A stretch of DNA of 64,000 nt from Vicinamibacteria bacterium (GCA_963668695.2 CAXXLQ010000004.1:2304001-2368000), one strand, 5' to 3'; counted from the stretch's first letter, positions 40,648 to 50,696 are shown. Numbers and translations are program-made. Notes: generated by a model not told the origin, from the sequence alone.

Positions 40648-41243
40648 CGGTTCGCTCCCCTGCTCGCGCCGGCAGGTTCGCTGCGACCCAATTCGCGTCG
40701 CGCCCGCGCCAGGTTCTGCCGGGCGCGGTGGATTCGGGACTTTACGGTTCCGAGCGGGATTCCGAGCCGCTCCGCGACCTCGGGGTAGTCGCAATCCATC
40801 AGGTCCCGGAGTATGAGTGGTTCCGAAAGCGCGGGAGGCAGCCGGTCGAGCAGCCGCCGTACCCGCGCGGCTTCTTCGCGCCGTTCGGCAATTGTGTCGG
40901 GTTGCCACGAGATCGGCACGGGAGCCTCTGGAATCTCGTCGCCGGACAACAGGAGCGGCGTGCGTCGCCGGCGTCGGTAGGCGTCGATGCCCACGTTGGT
41001 GGCGACCTGCCGCACCCAGGCGCCGAGCGCTCCGCTCGGACGATAACGGGGCAACACACTCACGAGCCGCATGAAGACGTCCTGAGTGAGTTCGTCCGCG
41101 TCGTCCGGGGTTGCGGCGAATCGGTAGGCGATGTGCCAGATGGGTTCCCGGAACCGGTCCACAAAAGCCCGCCACGCGTCCTCGTGGCCTGACAGGCATT
41201 GGCGGACGAGTGTGGCATCGGAGATTTGGGCCGGGGACTCCAC
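40644..41243 (-). CDS. ECF sigma-70 factor
   Basis: DADELTQDVF, W..QVATN..ID, Y.EVAE.LGIPLGTVKSRIHRAR. Confidence 0.95.
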   Translation of the reverse strand: MESPAQISDATLVRQCLSGHEDAWRAFVDRFREPIWHIAYRFAATPDDADELTQDVFMRLVSVLPRYRPSGALGAWVRQVATNVGIDAYRRRRRTPLLLSGDEIPEAPVPISWQPDTIAERREEAARVRRLLDRLPPALSEPLILRDLMDCDYPEVAERLGIPLGTVKSRIHRARQNLARARRELGRSEPAGASRGANR

Positions 41244-41279
41244 TGGTGGCGCTTCGGTTTTCTCCCGGTCAACCGAAGA

Positions 41280-41306
41280 TAACGAAGCTCCTCTCCCACC
41301 AGTTCT
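41280..41306 (-). promoter_or_regulatory. Candidate ECF-type autoregulatory promoter
   Basis: Minus strand GAAC-N17-CGTTA about 40 nt upstream of the sigma start. Confidence 0.4.
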
Positions 41307-41370
41307 CGGCGCAGCCGTCTCCGATCGCTACCGCACTGCTCCGTTTTCGTCGCCCCGCTGAAATGCGGGC

Positions 41371-41865
41371 TCAGGAGGACCTGCGAGCGGTTTTCTTCCG
41401 CCCCTTCGCGGGCGCCCGCTTGCGGAGGAGGGCCTGAACCTCCTTCACGAAATCGCGGGTGTCCTGAAAGTCGCGGTACACCGACGCGAAGCGCACGAAG
41501 GCGACGTGATCCTCGCGCTTGAGTTCCTCCATGAGGATTTCGCCGATCTCGGAGGCGGCGAGTTCCCGGTCCGGACTCTTCGCAACCAACGCACCCACCT
41601 GATCGGCGATGGCCTCGATCTTCTCTTCAGCGATCCGCCTTCCGCAGGCCCTCTTGAGACCTGACAAAACCTTGCCCCGATCGAAGACCTCGCGGTCGCC
41701 GTTCTTCTTGACCACCGTGCACGGGATCTCTTCGACCGCCTCGTAGCTCGTGAATCGCTTCGCGCACCCGAGGCATTCGCGGCGCCGGCGGATGATCTCG
41801 CCTTCCCGACTCTCGCGGGAATCCACGACCCGGTCTTCGGGGTTGCCGCAATAGGGGCACTTCAC
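41371..41865 (-). CDS. nrdR: Transcriptional repressor NrdR
   Basis: KCPYCG...RVVDSR...IRRRRECLGCAKRFTSYE, ATP cone, VAFVRFASVYRDF. Confidence 0.97.
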   Translation of the reverse strand: MKCPYCGNPEDRVVDSRESREGEIIRRRRECLGCAKRFTSYEAVEEIPCTVVKKNGDREVFDRGKVLSGLKRACGRRIAEEKIEAIADQVGALVAKSPDRELAASEIGEILMEELKREDHVAFVRFASVYRDFQDTRDFVKEVQALLRKRAPAKGRKKTARRSS

Positions 41866-42788
41866 TTCGGAGGTTCCACGGTGTGGGCAGCGTATACCCC
41901 CTCGATGGTCCGCGCCGGCTCCCGGAGCGCAATCTCCATTTCCATCCCGGGCCAGGTCGCGCCGCGGGGAACGAGTCCCACAATCTCCGAGTGGACCACT
42001 CCGGTGCCGGCGGCGCCGGCTTCCGCAAGAACCCGGCTGAACGCTTCCGCAAGGGACGTCCGACGCCAGTCGAGCAGGTTCATCGAAACCTGCGCGTGTG
42101 CCCGCGGTCCCGCGGGGTCGTGCTGCCGGACCCCGATCGCCCGCAGCGCCGGAAGTCCGCCACTGCTCGTCCGAATCCGCCCGGCGATGACCCGCGCGGT
42201 TTCCACGTCGGTGGTGTCGAGGTTCACGTTGAAGGCAATGAGCGGCTGCCGCGCGCCCACACACAGGCCGCCGGCCGACGGATGAAGGGTGGGCGGTCCG
42301 TAGTCGGGGCGGATTTCACCGCGGGCCAGACGGTTCGCGAGGCCGCGAAGTCCACCCTGGCGGATCTGAGGCAAGGGACGCCCACTCCCCTCGGCTTTCC
42401 CATAAAGAAAGACGGGGACGGATCCCTCGGCGCCGATCTCTTCCGCGAGCGAGCGGGCGACGCTGGCGGCCTCCTCCATGGTGGTTTCTCCGAGCGGCAC
42501 GATGGGCAACACGTCGAATGCTCCGATGCGCGGGTGTTCGCCGCGGTGCCGCCTCAGGTCAATGCGCTGGATTGCGGTCTCGAAGAGGGAGCGAGCCGCC
42601 GCGTGGATTTCCGGGGCGCTGCCGGCGAGCGTCAGTACGGAGCGATGATGGGAAGGGTCGGCGTGAACGTCGAGGAGAGGTCGCCCGGCCGCCTCGATCA
42701 GCCGGTCGAGCGTGTCCCGGGATCGTCCCTCGCTGAAGTTCGGGACCGCTTCGAGCAGCGCCTTCGGGGCCGGCGAGTTGTTGCCCAT
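41862..42788 (-). CDS. ftcD: Glutamate formiminotransferase
   Basis: EAVPNFSEGR, D..HHRSV, H.GEHPRIGA.DVLP, GARQPLIAFNVNL, QVSMNL, SEIVGLVP. Confidence 0.9.
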   Translation of the reverse strand: MGNNSPAPKALLEAVPNFSEGRSRDTLDRLIEAAGRPLLDVHADPSHHRSVLTLAGSAPEIHAAARSLFETAIQRIDLRRHRGEHPRIGAFDVLPIVPLGETTMEEAASVARSLAEEIGAEGSVPVFLYGKAEGSGRPLPQIRQGGLRGLANRLARGEIRPDYGPPTLHPSAGGLCVGARQPLIAFNVNLDTTDVETARVIAGRIRTSSGGLPALRAIGVRQHDPAGPRAHAQVSMNLLDWRRTSLAEAFSRVLAEAGAAGTGVVHSEIVGLVPRGATWPGMEMEIALREPARTIEGVYAAHTVEPPK

Positions 42789-42901
42789 CCAGCCCTCCTT
42801 GCCGGGACCGCGTCGGGAGAATTCCCGGCATTCCGCCCACGAATGGGACGGCCTAAAGGCCAAGGGCAGCAGTATAGTTTCGGTGTTCTCCGCCATTTCC
42901 G

Positions 42902-44044
42902 GTGCGGGGTTTTTCCCATGATTCGCACTTTCGTTGGTCCCGCTCCGTGAGGCCCGACGAGCCGGGAGAAGGCGCGACCCGGCCCAATCCGGAGTCTGGT
43001 TTGGAGTCCCGTCCGGAGAAGCCGGGCACAACAACACAGCCGCCTCCCCGGTCCGGCGGGGATGTGGAGGCGGCGGGCGCGCAAGCGGCGGGCTCAGACC
43101 AGGCGGCGAGCCCTCGATCCCGAATCGAGGAGACGCTCCGGCGCCGCAGTCCGCGCGGGGTGGAGGAATCCGATTCCGCTCGTGATCGCAAGCGAACCTC
43201 CGGGTTGCATCCCCCCCCGGAAGCTTCCGCCTCGGAGCACTGGAGTTGGACCATCCGGAGACGCGTAGCCGAGGGCAGTCCGGCGCCGGAGTCGGGAGCC
43301 GAACCCGCGGCGGAGGATGAGGCCGGCGCCGGCGAACTCCCACCCGCCTCCCAGGCGACGGAGATCCGGGAACGGGTAGAGCGTCGTCTCCAGGAGGTGG
43401 AGGATCGTCGTAGTCGTAACGTCGCCTCCGCGGGGACTGCGTCGACGCCAACCCCGACGAGCCCGCGGCGAGGCCTCGCCGCCGCGCCCGGATCGGAGGA
43501 GCCGTCGCGCGGGCCGGAAGATGCTCCAGATTGGGAAATGCCCTGGGTTGAAGACGAAGAGGGGCCCAAGCCGCGGGCGGAAATCCTCCCCGCCCGACCC
43601 CCATCGCGCCTTGCCGCCTTCATCGCAACCTGCGGTTTCATCGGGCGGATTCCGATCGCGCCGGGAACATTCGGAGCGGCAGTGGGCCTCCTTGCCTTCA
43701 CCCTGACCCGGAATTTGGCGGGTGGTGTCTCCGTGACTCTGCTCGCGATCGCCGTGGCCGTCGGCGTCTGGGCCGGCGGGCGGCACGCGAAGGATCTTCG
43801 TCAGCCGGACCCGCGCTCCGTAGTGGTGGACGAGTTTTGCGGCATGTGGCTCGCGCTTGTCGGCACGAATCCTTCCCTCCTGGTAGTGGCGATTGCGTTC
43901 GCGGCGTTTCGGTTCCTGGACATCGTGAAGCCGCCGCCCGTTCGACAGGCGGAGCGGCTCGCGGGCGGGGTCGGCATCATGGCCGACGACCTGGTCGCGG
44001 GTGGCATCGTGCGCGTGGCCTTGCTGCTGGCCCTGGGGATGTAG
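42902..44044 (+). CDS. pgpA: Phosphatidylglycerophosphatase A with long low-complexity N-terminus (start uncertain; ATG 43538 possible)
   Basis: G.IPIAPGTFG, DPRSVVVDEFCG, FRFLDIVKPPP, GIMADDLVAG. Confidence 0.85.
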   Translation: MRGFSHDSHFRWSRSVRPDEPGEGATRPNPESGLESRPEKPGTTTQPPPRSGGDVEAAGAQAAGSDQAASPRSRIEETLRRRSPRGVEESDSARDRKRTSGLHPPPEASASEHWSWTIRRRVAEGSPAPESGAEPAAEDEAGAGELPPASQATEIRERVERRLQEVEDRRSRNVASAGTASTPTPTSPRRGLAAAPGSEEPSRGPEDAPDWEMPWVEDEEGPKPRAEILPARPPSRLAAFIATCGFIGRIPIAPGTFGAAVGLLAFTLTRNLAGGVSVTLLAIAVAVGVWAGGRHAKDLRQPDPRSVVVDEFCGMWLALVGTNPSLLVVAIAFAAFRFLDIVKPPPVRQAERLAGGVGIMADDLVAGGIVRVALLLALGM

Positions 44045-44056
44045 CCGGTGGCCCTG

Positions 44057-44136
44057 GCAGCCTCTGGACGAAGTCACGCGGCCCAGTTCTCCCGGTGGGG
44101 GCTTCGGCGCTCACGTCCCTTCATCCACAGGCTGCC
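44057..44136. mobile_element. Minimal MITE copy
   Basis: GCAGCCTCTGGACGAAGT ... TCATCCACAGGCTGC. Confidence 0.7.
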
Positions 44137-44241
44137 AGCTGAGCCCGGGACCGAACCGGGAAGTCGCGGGATGCGAGAGAACTCGTTCTCGGGTCGGGCA
44201 AGGCTCTCGGAGCCGGTCTTCTGACCGCCGGAGGGAGTCTG

Positions 44242-45546
44242 TTGCCGAGCGCGGCGATAGTGGCGGTCGGCACCGAACTTCTCGCGCCTTACCGCACGGA
44301 CCGCAACACCCCGCTCCTGAAGGAGCGGCTCTCGGAAACGGGAGTGCAGGTTGTTTTTTCGGCAGTAGTTCCCGATGAGGAATCCGTCATGGAGGAGACT
44401 CTTCGGGCCGCTCTCCGGCGCTGCCGGTTCGTCTTTGTTTGCGGCGGTCTCGGTCCGACCACCGACGACGTAACGCGATTCGTCGCCGCCAGCCTTCTGG
44501 AAGTCCCGCTTGTCGAGGATGCGGCCTCACTCGCCAGGATTGAGTCCCGCTTCAGAAGCCGCGGAATGGAAATGCCGGGGGTGAACCGCCAGCAGGCGCT
44601 GATACCTGACGGGGCGGCGGCGCTGCCCAATCCAGCGGGAACCGCGCCCGGAGTGCTGGCGCGCACGGACGAGGGGGCGTGGCTCGTGCTCCTCCCCGGG
44701 CCACCGTCGGAACTGACCGCCATGTTCGACGCGGAGGTTCGTCCCCGACTGGCGCGCGAAATCGGACTGTCGGAGGGTCGGGTTCGCGAGACGCTCGGGA
44801 TCGCGGGTTTGCCTGAATCGGTCCTGCAGGAGCGCATTCTGGATCTCACTCCGGCAAGGAATGCGCCCGAGCAACTCGCGATCCTCGCCTCCGGCGGCGA
44901 GATCGACGTTCGGGTGACCGGACCCCCTGGACGGAAGGCGGAAGTCCGGCGGTTGGCTGACCGGATGGCCGGGCGGTTGGGCAGTGCAGTCTTCACCAGG
45001 ACGGCCGGGGAGCATCTTGAACACGTGGTGGGGCGCACGCTCACGGGACGTGGAGAGCGCGCCGCCTTTGCGGAATCGCTTACCGGAGGACTGATCGCCG
45101 AGCGGGTTACCCGCGTTCCGGGGTCCTCGGCGTGGTTCGATCTGGGGATCGTGGCCTACGCCAACGCGGCGAAGCGCGATCTGCTGGAGGTCCCGGACAG
45201 CGTGCTCGGAGAGCACGGAGCGGTCAGCGAAGCCGTGGCGGTGGCGATGGCTGATGGTGCTCGCCGCCGGTCCGGGAATGTTTGGGGCGTTGCCGTCACC
45301 GGGATCGCCGGGCCGGGCGGGGGGAGCGTGGAGAAGCCGGTGGGTCTCGTCTGGATCGCCGTCAGCGGGCCCGTCTTGCGCACGCAGCGGTTCCGCTTTC
45401 CCGGAGACCGGTCGCTCGTCAGGCAACTCACCGCGACGGCGGCTCTCGATCTGCTCCGCCGGACGATGCTCGCAGCCGGTGGGCAGAGTGACGTGAGCGC
45501 CGAGAGCGGCCAGTCTCCCGGTCGGGGCGAGGCGCCCGGCCTTTAG
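44242..45546 (+). CDS. cinA: CinA (MoCF-like domain plus NMN amidohydrolase PncC)
   Basis: VGTELL, GGLGPTTDDVT, LPGPPSE, AESLTGG, HGAVS, TGIAGPGGG..KPVG. Confidence 0.95.
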   Translation: MPSAAIVAVGTELLAPYRTDRNTPLLKERLSETGVQVVFSAVVPDEESVMEETLRAALRRCRFVFVCGGLGPTTDDVTRFVAASLLEVPLVEDAASLARIESRFRSRGMEMPGVNRQQALIPDGAAALPNPAGTAPGVLARTDEGAWLVLLPGPPSELTAMFDAEVRPRLAREIGLSEGRVRETLGIAGLPESVLQERILDLTPARNAPEQLAILASGGEIDVRVTGPPGRKAEVRRLADRMAGRLGSAVFTRTAGEHLEHVVGRTLTGRGERAAFAESLTGGLIAERVTRVPGSSAWFDLGIVAYANAAKRDLLEVPDSVLGEHGAVSEAVAVAMADGARRRSGNVWGVAVTGIAGPGGGSVEKPVGLVWIAVSGPVLRTQRFRFPGDRSLVRQLTATAALDLLRRTMLAAGGQSDVSAESGQSPGRGEAPGL

Positions 45547-46012
45547 TAGCCCGTGGAAAAAGCACCCCGCACTGTTCCCAGGGCGCCACGTACGCCGAAT
45601 GCGTCGGTTTTCTGTGTGCGGGACGCTTTTCCTACGGGCTGTTGATGTCGCGTATCGCTCCGCGATCCGCGACATCGGTTTTCGTGGTGAGGGGAAACCC
45701 CTCCCCACGCCCCTCCCCACGCCCCTCCTCTGCAGCGCTCCGCGCCGCGGATGGGCAGATGCAGACTTTCACCACCGGTTGTTGAGGCGCTGGAAGATGC
45801 GTGGGCCGCAGTCACGGCGGATTCCCGTTTCCTCCCGTATGTGCAACTCCACGGTTCGAGGCCTGCCTCTTCACAGATATCGCTCTCGTCTGAAGGCCCC
45901 CACCGGGAGAACTGGCCGGCGTTCCTTTGCGGCCGGCGCCATCGGGACGGTCGGCCTGCCCGCGAGGCTGTATTTCACAGCGACTGGGCCGCGTGACTCT
46001 GCCCACCGGCTG
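45472..46012. mobile_element. Nested composite MITE (~540 bp)
   Basis: Outer TIRs CAGCCGGTGGGCAGAGTGAC / GTGACTCTGCCCACCGGCTG enclosing an inner TIR pair and a REP remnant. Confidence 0.7.
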
Positions 46013-46041
46013 CTCAAGTGCGAGGATCTCGCCCCGTCCCC

Positions 46042-46674
46042 ATGGAACGCGGAGTAGCGGTCCATCCGCCGCGGCTCTTCGCGGCCCTGCCGCTTCCGGA
46101 GCGCCTCCGAAAGGAGCTCTTTGCCGCTTCGGGTGCGATCGCCGGGTTGCTCCCGGCCTCCCTCTTCCGGCGGGTCCCTCCCGAGAACCTGCATCTGACG
46201 CTGCGCTTTTTCGGCGCCGAAACGGGCTCGCTTGACCGCGAGGGAATCGCGGCTCTGCTCCGCGAGCGCCTCGGGGCTTGTCCACCGGGACCGCTGACTC
46301 TGAAGGCCTCTGAGGTGTCGGCTTTCGCCTCTCTCCGCCGGGCCCGGATCGTCTGGGTGGGTCTCAGCGAGGAAGGAATCACGAAAGGCGAATCGGGGCG
46401 CCTCCTGTCCCTCCAGCAGGAGGTGGAGGCGGTGGCGCGGGACATCGGCCTCGCTCCGGAGAATCGCCCTTTCGTTCCCCACGTGACGCTAGGCCGTTTG
46501 CGCTCCCCGTCGCGCCTCCCGGTGCAGGGGCTCGCGGCCGCCGGCCCCGCCGCGCCCGGTAGCGCCTGGTCCTCGGATTTCACCGTCCGGGAATTCGTTC
46601 TGTTTGCCAGCTTCCTCACCCCGGGCGGGGCGATTTACGAGCCTCTCAGCCGCTTCCCGCTGGAGGCGCGCTGA
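46042..46674 (+). CDS. thpR: RNA 2',3'-cyclic phosphodiesterase (2H family)
   Basis: RLFAAL, NLHLTLRF, PFVPHVTLGR, S.LTPGGAIY. Confidence 0.92.
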   Translation: MERGVAVHPPRLFAALPLPERLRKELFAASGAIAGLLPASLFRRVPPENLHLTLRFFGAETGSLDREGIAALLRERLGACPPGPLTLKASEVSAFASLRRARIVWVGLSEEGITKGESGRLLSLQQEVEAVARDIGLAPENRPFVPHVTLGRLRSPSRLPVQGLAAAGPAAPGSAWSSDFTVREFVLFASFLTPGGAIYEPLSRFPLEAR

Positions 46675-46689
46675 CCGCAGGTCGGTTTC

Positions 46690-47847
46690 CTACCGCCCGC
46701 CGCTTTCTTCCGGCCCGGAAGCGGCCAGCCGAAATTCCGCGAGGAGGTCGGGGCCAAGGCAGGCATAGCGCGCCGAGCGGCGGTCGGGCTGGGCGTACGG
46801 CAATTCCCGGTGCTGTTCGGCCGGAGCCCTGGTGGCGTCGAAGAGCCCGGTTCCCTCGGCACGGCCCAGAAAACGCGGAGCCATGTAGAGCACCAGGCGG
46901 TCGGCCAGTCCCTGTTGCAGGAAGGCCGATGTGAGCCGGGGGCCTGCCTCGACCAGGAGGGTGTGCGCACCGCGGCGCCCCACCTCCGCCAGGACCGCTT
47001 CGAGCGCAATGGGCTGCGTCACGCCGTCAGCCGGGGCGCCCGGGACGTCGGCGACCGCGGCCTCGACCACCTCGGCGCCCAGGCCCTCCAACCGGCGGCG
47101 GGCCGGTTCCGGAGCGTCGGGTGCGCAAATTACGAGCACCGGATCATGGTCCAGGCCGCGGAGGATGCGCGCCTCCGGAGGAATTCTGAGGCTCGGGTCC
47201 AGAATCACGCGCAGGAGGGGGCGGGAACCGCGTCGGGGTCTGGGCGTGAGGAGAGGGTCGTCGGCCGCCACCGTCGCGATTCCGGTGAGGATGGCATCGT
47301 TTTCCCGGCGCAGCACTCTCCCGTGCCGGCGGGTGCGCGGGCGGGTAATCCAGCGCGTGCCCGGTGGGGCCATGACTCCATCCACGGAAATCGCGGCCTT
47401 CACCGTCACCCAGGGGGTGCCGGTCCTGAGGAATTTGAAGAACGACGGATTCAGGTCCTGCGCTTCCTGGCGAAGGACTCCCGTCGTGACGTCAACGCCC
47501 GCGGAGCGAAGGCGATCGAATCCTCCTCCCCGAACCCGCGGGTCGGGGTCCGCGTGCGAGGCGACGACCCGACGGACTCCCGAGGCGATGATCCGTTCTA
47601 CGCAGGGCGGGGTTCGTCCGACGTGGCAGCAGGGTTCGAGGTTGACGTAGAGCGTGGCGCCCCGGGCCGCGTTACCCACCGTGAGGACCTGGGCTTCCGC
47701 GTGCGGGCGTCCGGCGCGGGCGTGGAAACCTTCGGAAAGGACGTGTTCGTCGCGTACCAAAACGGCGCCCACCGCCGGGTTGGGCGGCGCCGTGTACTGG
47801 CCCAGCAGGGCGAGTTCGAGCGCCCGCCGCATAAAGCGATTGTCCAC
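46690..47847 (-). CDS. ribD: Riboflavin deaminase/reductase
   Basis: FMRRALEL, PNPAVGAV, PHAE, NLEPCCHVGRTPPC, DDPLLT, LLVEAG. Confidence 0.96.
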   Translation of the reverse strand: MDNRFMRRALELALLGQYTAPPNPAVGAVLVRDEHVLSEGFHARAGRPHAEAQVLTVGNAARGATLYVNLEPCCHVGRTPPCVERIIASGVRRVVASHADPDPRVRGGGFDRLRSAGVDVTTGVLRQEAQDLNPSFFKFLRTGTPWVTVKAAISVDGVMAPPGTRWITRPRTRRHGRVLRRENDAILTGIATVAADDPLLTPRPRRGSRPLLRVILDPSLRIPPEARILRGLDHDPVLVICAPDAPEPARRRLEGLGAEVVEAAVADVPGAPADGVTQPIALEAVLAEVGRRGAHTLLVEAGPRLTSAFLQQGLADRLVLYMAPRFLGRAEGTGLFDATRAPAEQHRELPYAQPDRRSARYACLGPDLLAEFRLAASGPEESGGR

Positions 47848-47869
47848 GAAGCGGATCGTATGGGGGCCG

Positions 47870-48158
47870 GCAGCCTGTGGACAAGGTCGCGCGGCGTTCC
47901 CGAGCCAGAAGAGATGGGGGTCGGGTGGTCCCGCCCCCCATCCCTTCCGCTCCGGGGTCTGCGCGGTGCTGGCGCCCCGTTCCGGAAACGAGCGGCGATG
48001 CATCCCGGCTGAACCACGCCGCGTCGCGTCGCTCATCGTTGCGCTTCGGTCGAAATGCAGCCGGGCCAGTTCTCCCGGTGGGGGCTCCTCCCTCGCGCGC
48101 CTTGTCAGCCGGCGGCCTCACCGCTCTCGGCGCTCACGCCACTTTGTCCACAGGCCGC
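47870..48158. mobile_element. MITE-like element between ribD and ribE
   Basis: GCAGCCTGTGGACAAGGT ... ACTTTGTCCACAGGCCG. Confidence 0.8.
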
Positions 48159-48201
48159 TGAGCTTGCGCGGCGGGAGCGGATCGGGCAATCTCCCTGTCG
48201 C

Positions 48202-48831
48202 ATGTTCACCGGGCTGGTCAGCGCCGTCGGAGAGGTAGTGACAGTGGAGGATCTCGAGGCCGGACGGCTTCTCACTGTCGCCCATCGTGGCGGAGAGTTC
48301 ACCGGCCTTGGTGTTGGTGACAGCGTCGCGGTGTCCGGGGTCTGCCTTACCGCGGTGGCGGCCGGGTCCGAGTTCACCTCGTTCCAGGTGGCGGCCGAGA
48401 CGCTATCCCTGACGACGCTGGGCAGTGCACGGCTGGGAACCCGGGTGAATCTGGAGTTGCCCCTGCGCGCCACCGATCGCCTGGGCGGGCACTTCGTCCA
48501 GGGACACGTGGACGGGTGTGGAGAGGTGATCGCGGCGGGCGGATCCGACGCCGACTACCGGGTTCTGGTTCGGCACGGCGAGCCCCGGTGGATTGTCCGC
48601 AAGGGTTCGATCGCGCTGGACGGAGTCAGCCTGACGGTGGCGTCTTCCTCGCCCGACGAAGCGTGCTTCGAAGTGATGCTGATTCCCCACACGCGGGCCG
48701 CCACGACTCTCGGTGCTCTCCGGGAGGGGGACCGGGTCAATCTGGAGTACGACATCCTGGCCAAGTACGTTGGTGCGCTTGTTCCGGGTCCAGCCGGTGG
48801 CCCGGGAGGAACGGGCGGAGGCCGAGGCTAA
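48202..48831 (+). CDS. ribE: Riboflavin synthase alpha chain
   Basis: [49 protein letters not shown]. Confidence 0.97.
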   Translation: MFTGLVSAVGEVVTVEDLEAGRLLTVAHRGGEFTGLGVGDSVAVSGVCLTAVAAGSEFTSFQVAAETLSLTTLGSARLGTRVNLELPLRATDRLGGHFVQGHVDGCGEVIAAGGSDADYRVLVRHGEPRWIVRKGSIALDGVSLTVASSSPDEACFEVMLIPHTRAATTLGALREGDRVNLEYDILAKYVGALVPGPAGGPGGTGGGRG

Positions 48832-49207
48832 CAGCCGGTGGTGGAACCCGGGTGAGCGCCGAGCCCGGCCAGTTCTCCCGGTGGGGGCGAGGCGCTCGGC
48901 TGACAAGGCGCGTGAGGGAGGAGCCCCCACCGGGAGAACTGGCCCGGGTGTATTCCGACCGAAACGCAACGATGAGCGGCGCAAAGCGACGCGTTCAGCC
49001 GGGATGGATCGCCGGCCGAGCCCCCACCGGGAGAACTGGGCCGCGTGGGTTTCACTACCGGTTGTTTGGCCGGGATGCATCGCCGGGCGAGCCCCCACCG
49101 GGAGAACTGGGCCGCGTGGGTTTCACTACCGGTTGTTTGGCCGGGATGCATCGCCGGGCGAGCCCCCACCGGGAGAACTGGGCCGCGTGGGTTTCGCCAC
49201 CGGCTGT
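48831..49207. mobile_element. Composite MITE-like cluster
   Basis: TA|ACAGCCGGTGG, core module, two tandem 71-bp submodules, CCACCGGCTG end. Confidence 0.85.
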
Positions 49208-49268
49208 AGAATCCCTCTTTGAGACGGTTTCCGAACGAGGGCCTTCGGTCCGACGAGGGGTTGCGCGC

Positions 49269-50498
49269 GTGCCTGACACGGGAAAGAGTGAATCCACGCC
49301 GTTTTGGCCGGTGGAGCGGGCCGTTCGGGAGATTGCGGCCGGGCGGATGGTCATCGTGGTGGATGACCAGGATCGTGAGAACGAGGGCGATCTGACCATC
49401 GCTGCTGAAAAGGTCACCCCCGACGCGATCAACTTCATGGCCACGCACGGGCGCGGCCTCATCTGCCTGCCGATGACCGGCGAACGTCTCGACGAACTGG
49501 ACGTGCCGCTGATGGTCCAGGAAAACACTTCGGTGCACGAGACCGCGTTTTGCGTCTCTGTCGAAGCGAGAGACGGCGTCACGACCGGCATCTCCGCTGC
49601 CGACCGCGCCCGCACCATCCAGGTTGCGATTCACGAGGAGACACGTCCCGCGGAACTCGTCCGCCCCGGCCACGTCTTTCCGCTCCGCGCCCGTCCCGGG
49701 GGAGTGCTGCAGCGCGCGGGGCAGACCGAAGCAGGAGTGGATCTGGCCCGGATTGCAGGGCTTTATCCCGCGGCGGTGATCTGCGAGGTGATGAAGGAAG
49801 ACGGGACGATGGCTCGGCTTCCTGATCTCATGACTTTCGCGGAAGAGCACGGGATGGCGGTCGTGAGCGTGGCCGACCTGATCCGCTATCGGCTGGGCAC
49901 CGAGTCGTTGGTCCGCCGGCTGGTGGCAACGGTTCTCCCCACCCGGTTCGGCGCGTTCCGGACGACCGCCTACGAAAACACGCTCGACGGAACCAAGCAC
50001 CTGGTTCTGCAAATGGGAGAGGCCTGTCCGGACACGCCCGTTTTGGTGCGCGTCCACAGCCAGTGCCTTACCGGTGAAGTCTTCGGGTCCATGCGATGCG
50101 ACTGCGGCCCCCAGCTCGAGGCGGCCCTCGCTCGAATCGGCCACGAGGGTTCCGGAGTGCTGCTCTACCTGAACCAGGAGGGCAGGGGCATCGGCCTCGT
50201 CAACAAGCTGCGGGCCTATGCCGCCCAGGACGGCGGTCTCGATACCGTGGACGCCAACACCCACCTCGGGTTCCGCGCCGATCAACGCGAGTATGGCATC
50301 GGGGCCCAGATCCTCCGCGACCTCGGAGTGGGTCGTATTCGACTGTTGACCAACAATCCGCGGAAGTTCGTCGCGCTCGAGGCGCACGGTCTCGTCATCG
50401 AGGAGCGCGTTCCGATCGAGATTCCGGCGAACAAGTACTCCCGCAACTATCTGCGCACCAAGAAGGAACGCATGGGCCACCTCCTGACGGAGGTATAA
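49269..50498 (+). CDS. ribBA: DHBP synthase / GTP cyclohydrolase II
   Basis: [53 protein letters not shown]. Confidence 0.97.
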   Translation: MPDTGKSESTPFWPVERAVREIAAGRMVIVVDDQDRENEGDLTIAAEKVTPDAINFMATHGRGLICLPMTGERLDELDVPLMVQENTSVHETAFCVSVEARDGVTTGISAADRARTIQVAIHEETRPAELVRPGHVFPLRARPGGVLQRAGQTEAGVDLARIAGLYPAAVICEVMKEDGTMARLPDLMTFAEEHGMAVVSVADLIRYRLGTESLVRRLVATVLPTRFGAFRTTAYENTLDGTKHLVLQMGEACPDTPVLVRVHSQCLTGEVFGSMRCDCGPQLEAALARIGHEGSGVLLYLNQEGRGIGLVNKLRAYAAQDGGLDTVDANTHLGFRADQREYGIGAQILRDLGVGRIRLLTNNPRKFVALEAHGLVIEERVPIEIPANKYSRNYLRTKKERMGHLLTEV

Positions 50499-50696
50499 CA
50501 GCCTGTGGTGAAACCCACGCGGCCCAGTTCTCCCGGTGGGGGCTCGGTCGGCGATCCATCCCGGCTGAACCGCGTCGCTTCGCGCCGCTCATCGTTGCGT
50601 TTCGGTCGAAATACACTCGGTATTCCTCCTTCACGCGCCTTGTCAGCCGGGCGCCTCACCGGCCTCGGCGCTCACGCGGGTTCCACCACAGGCTGT
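50498..50696. mobile_element. MITE-like element
   Basis: TA|ACAGCCTGTGG ... CCACAGGCTGT|TA. Confidence 0.88.

Noticed and set aside
47848-49268. FMN riboswitch near the rib genes
   Set aside because: No AGGGCGGGGTGAAATTCCC-like core found; the spacers are MITE sequence.
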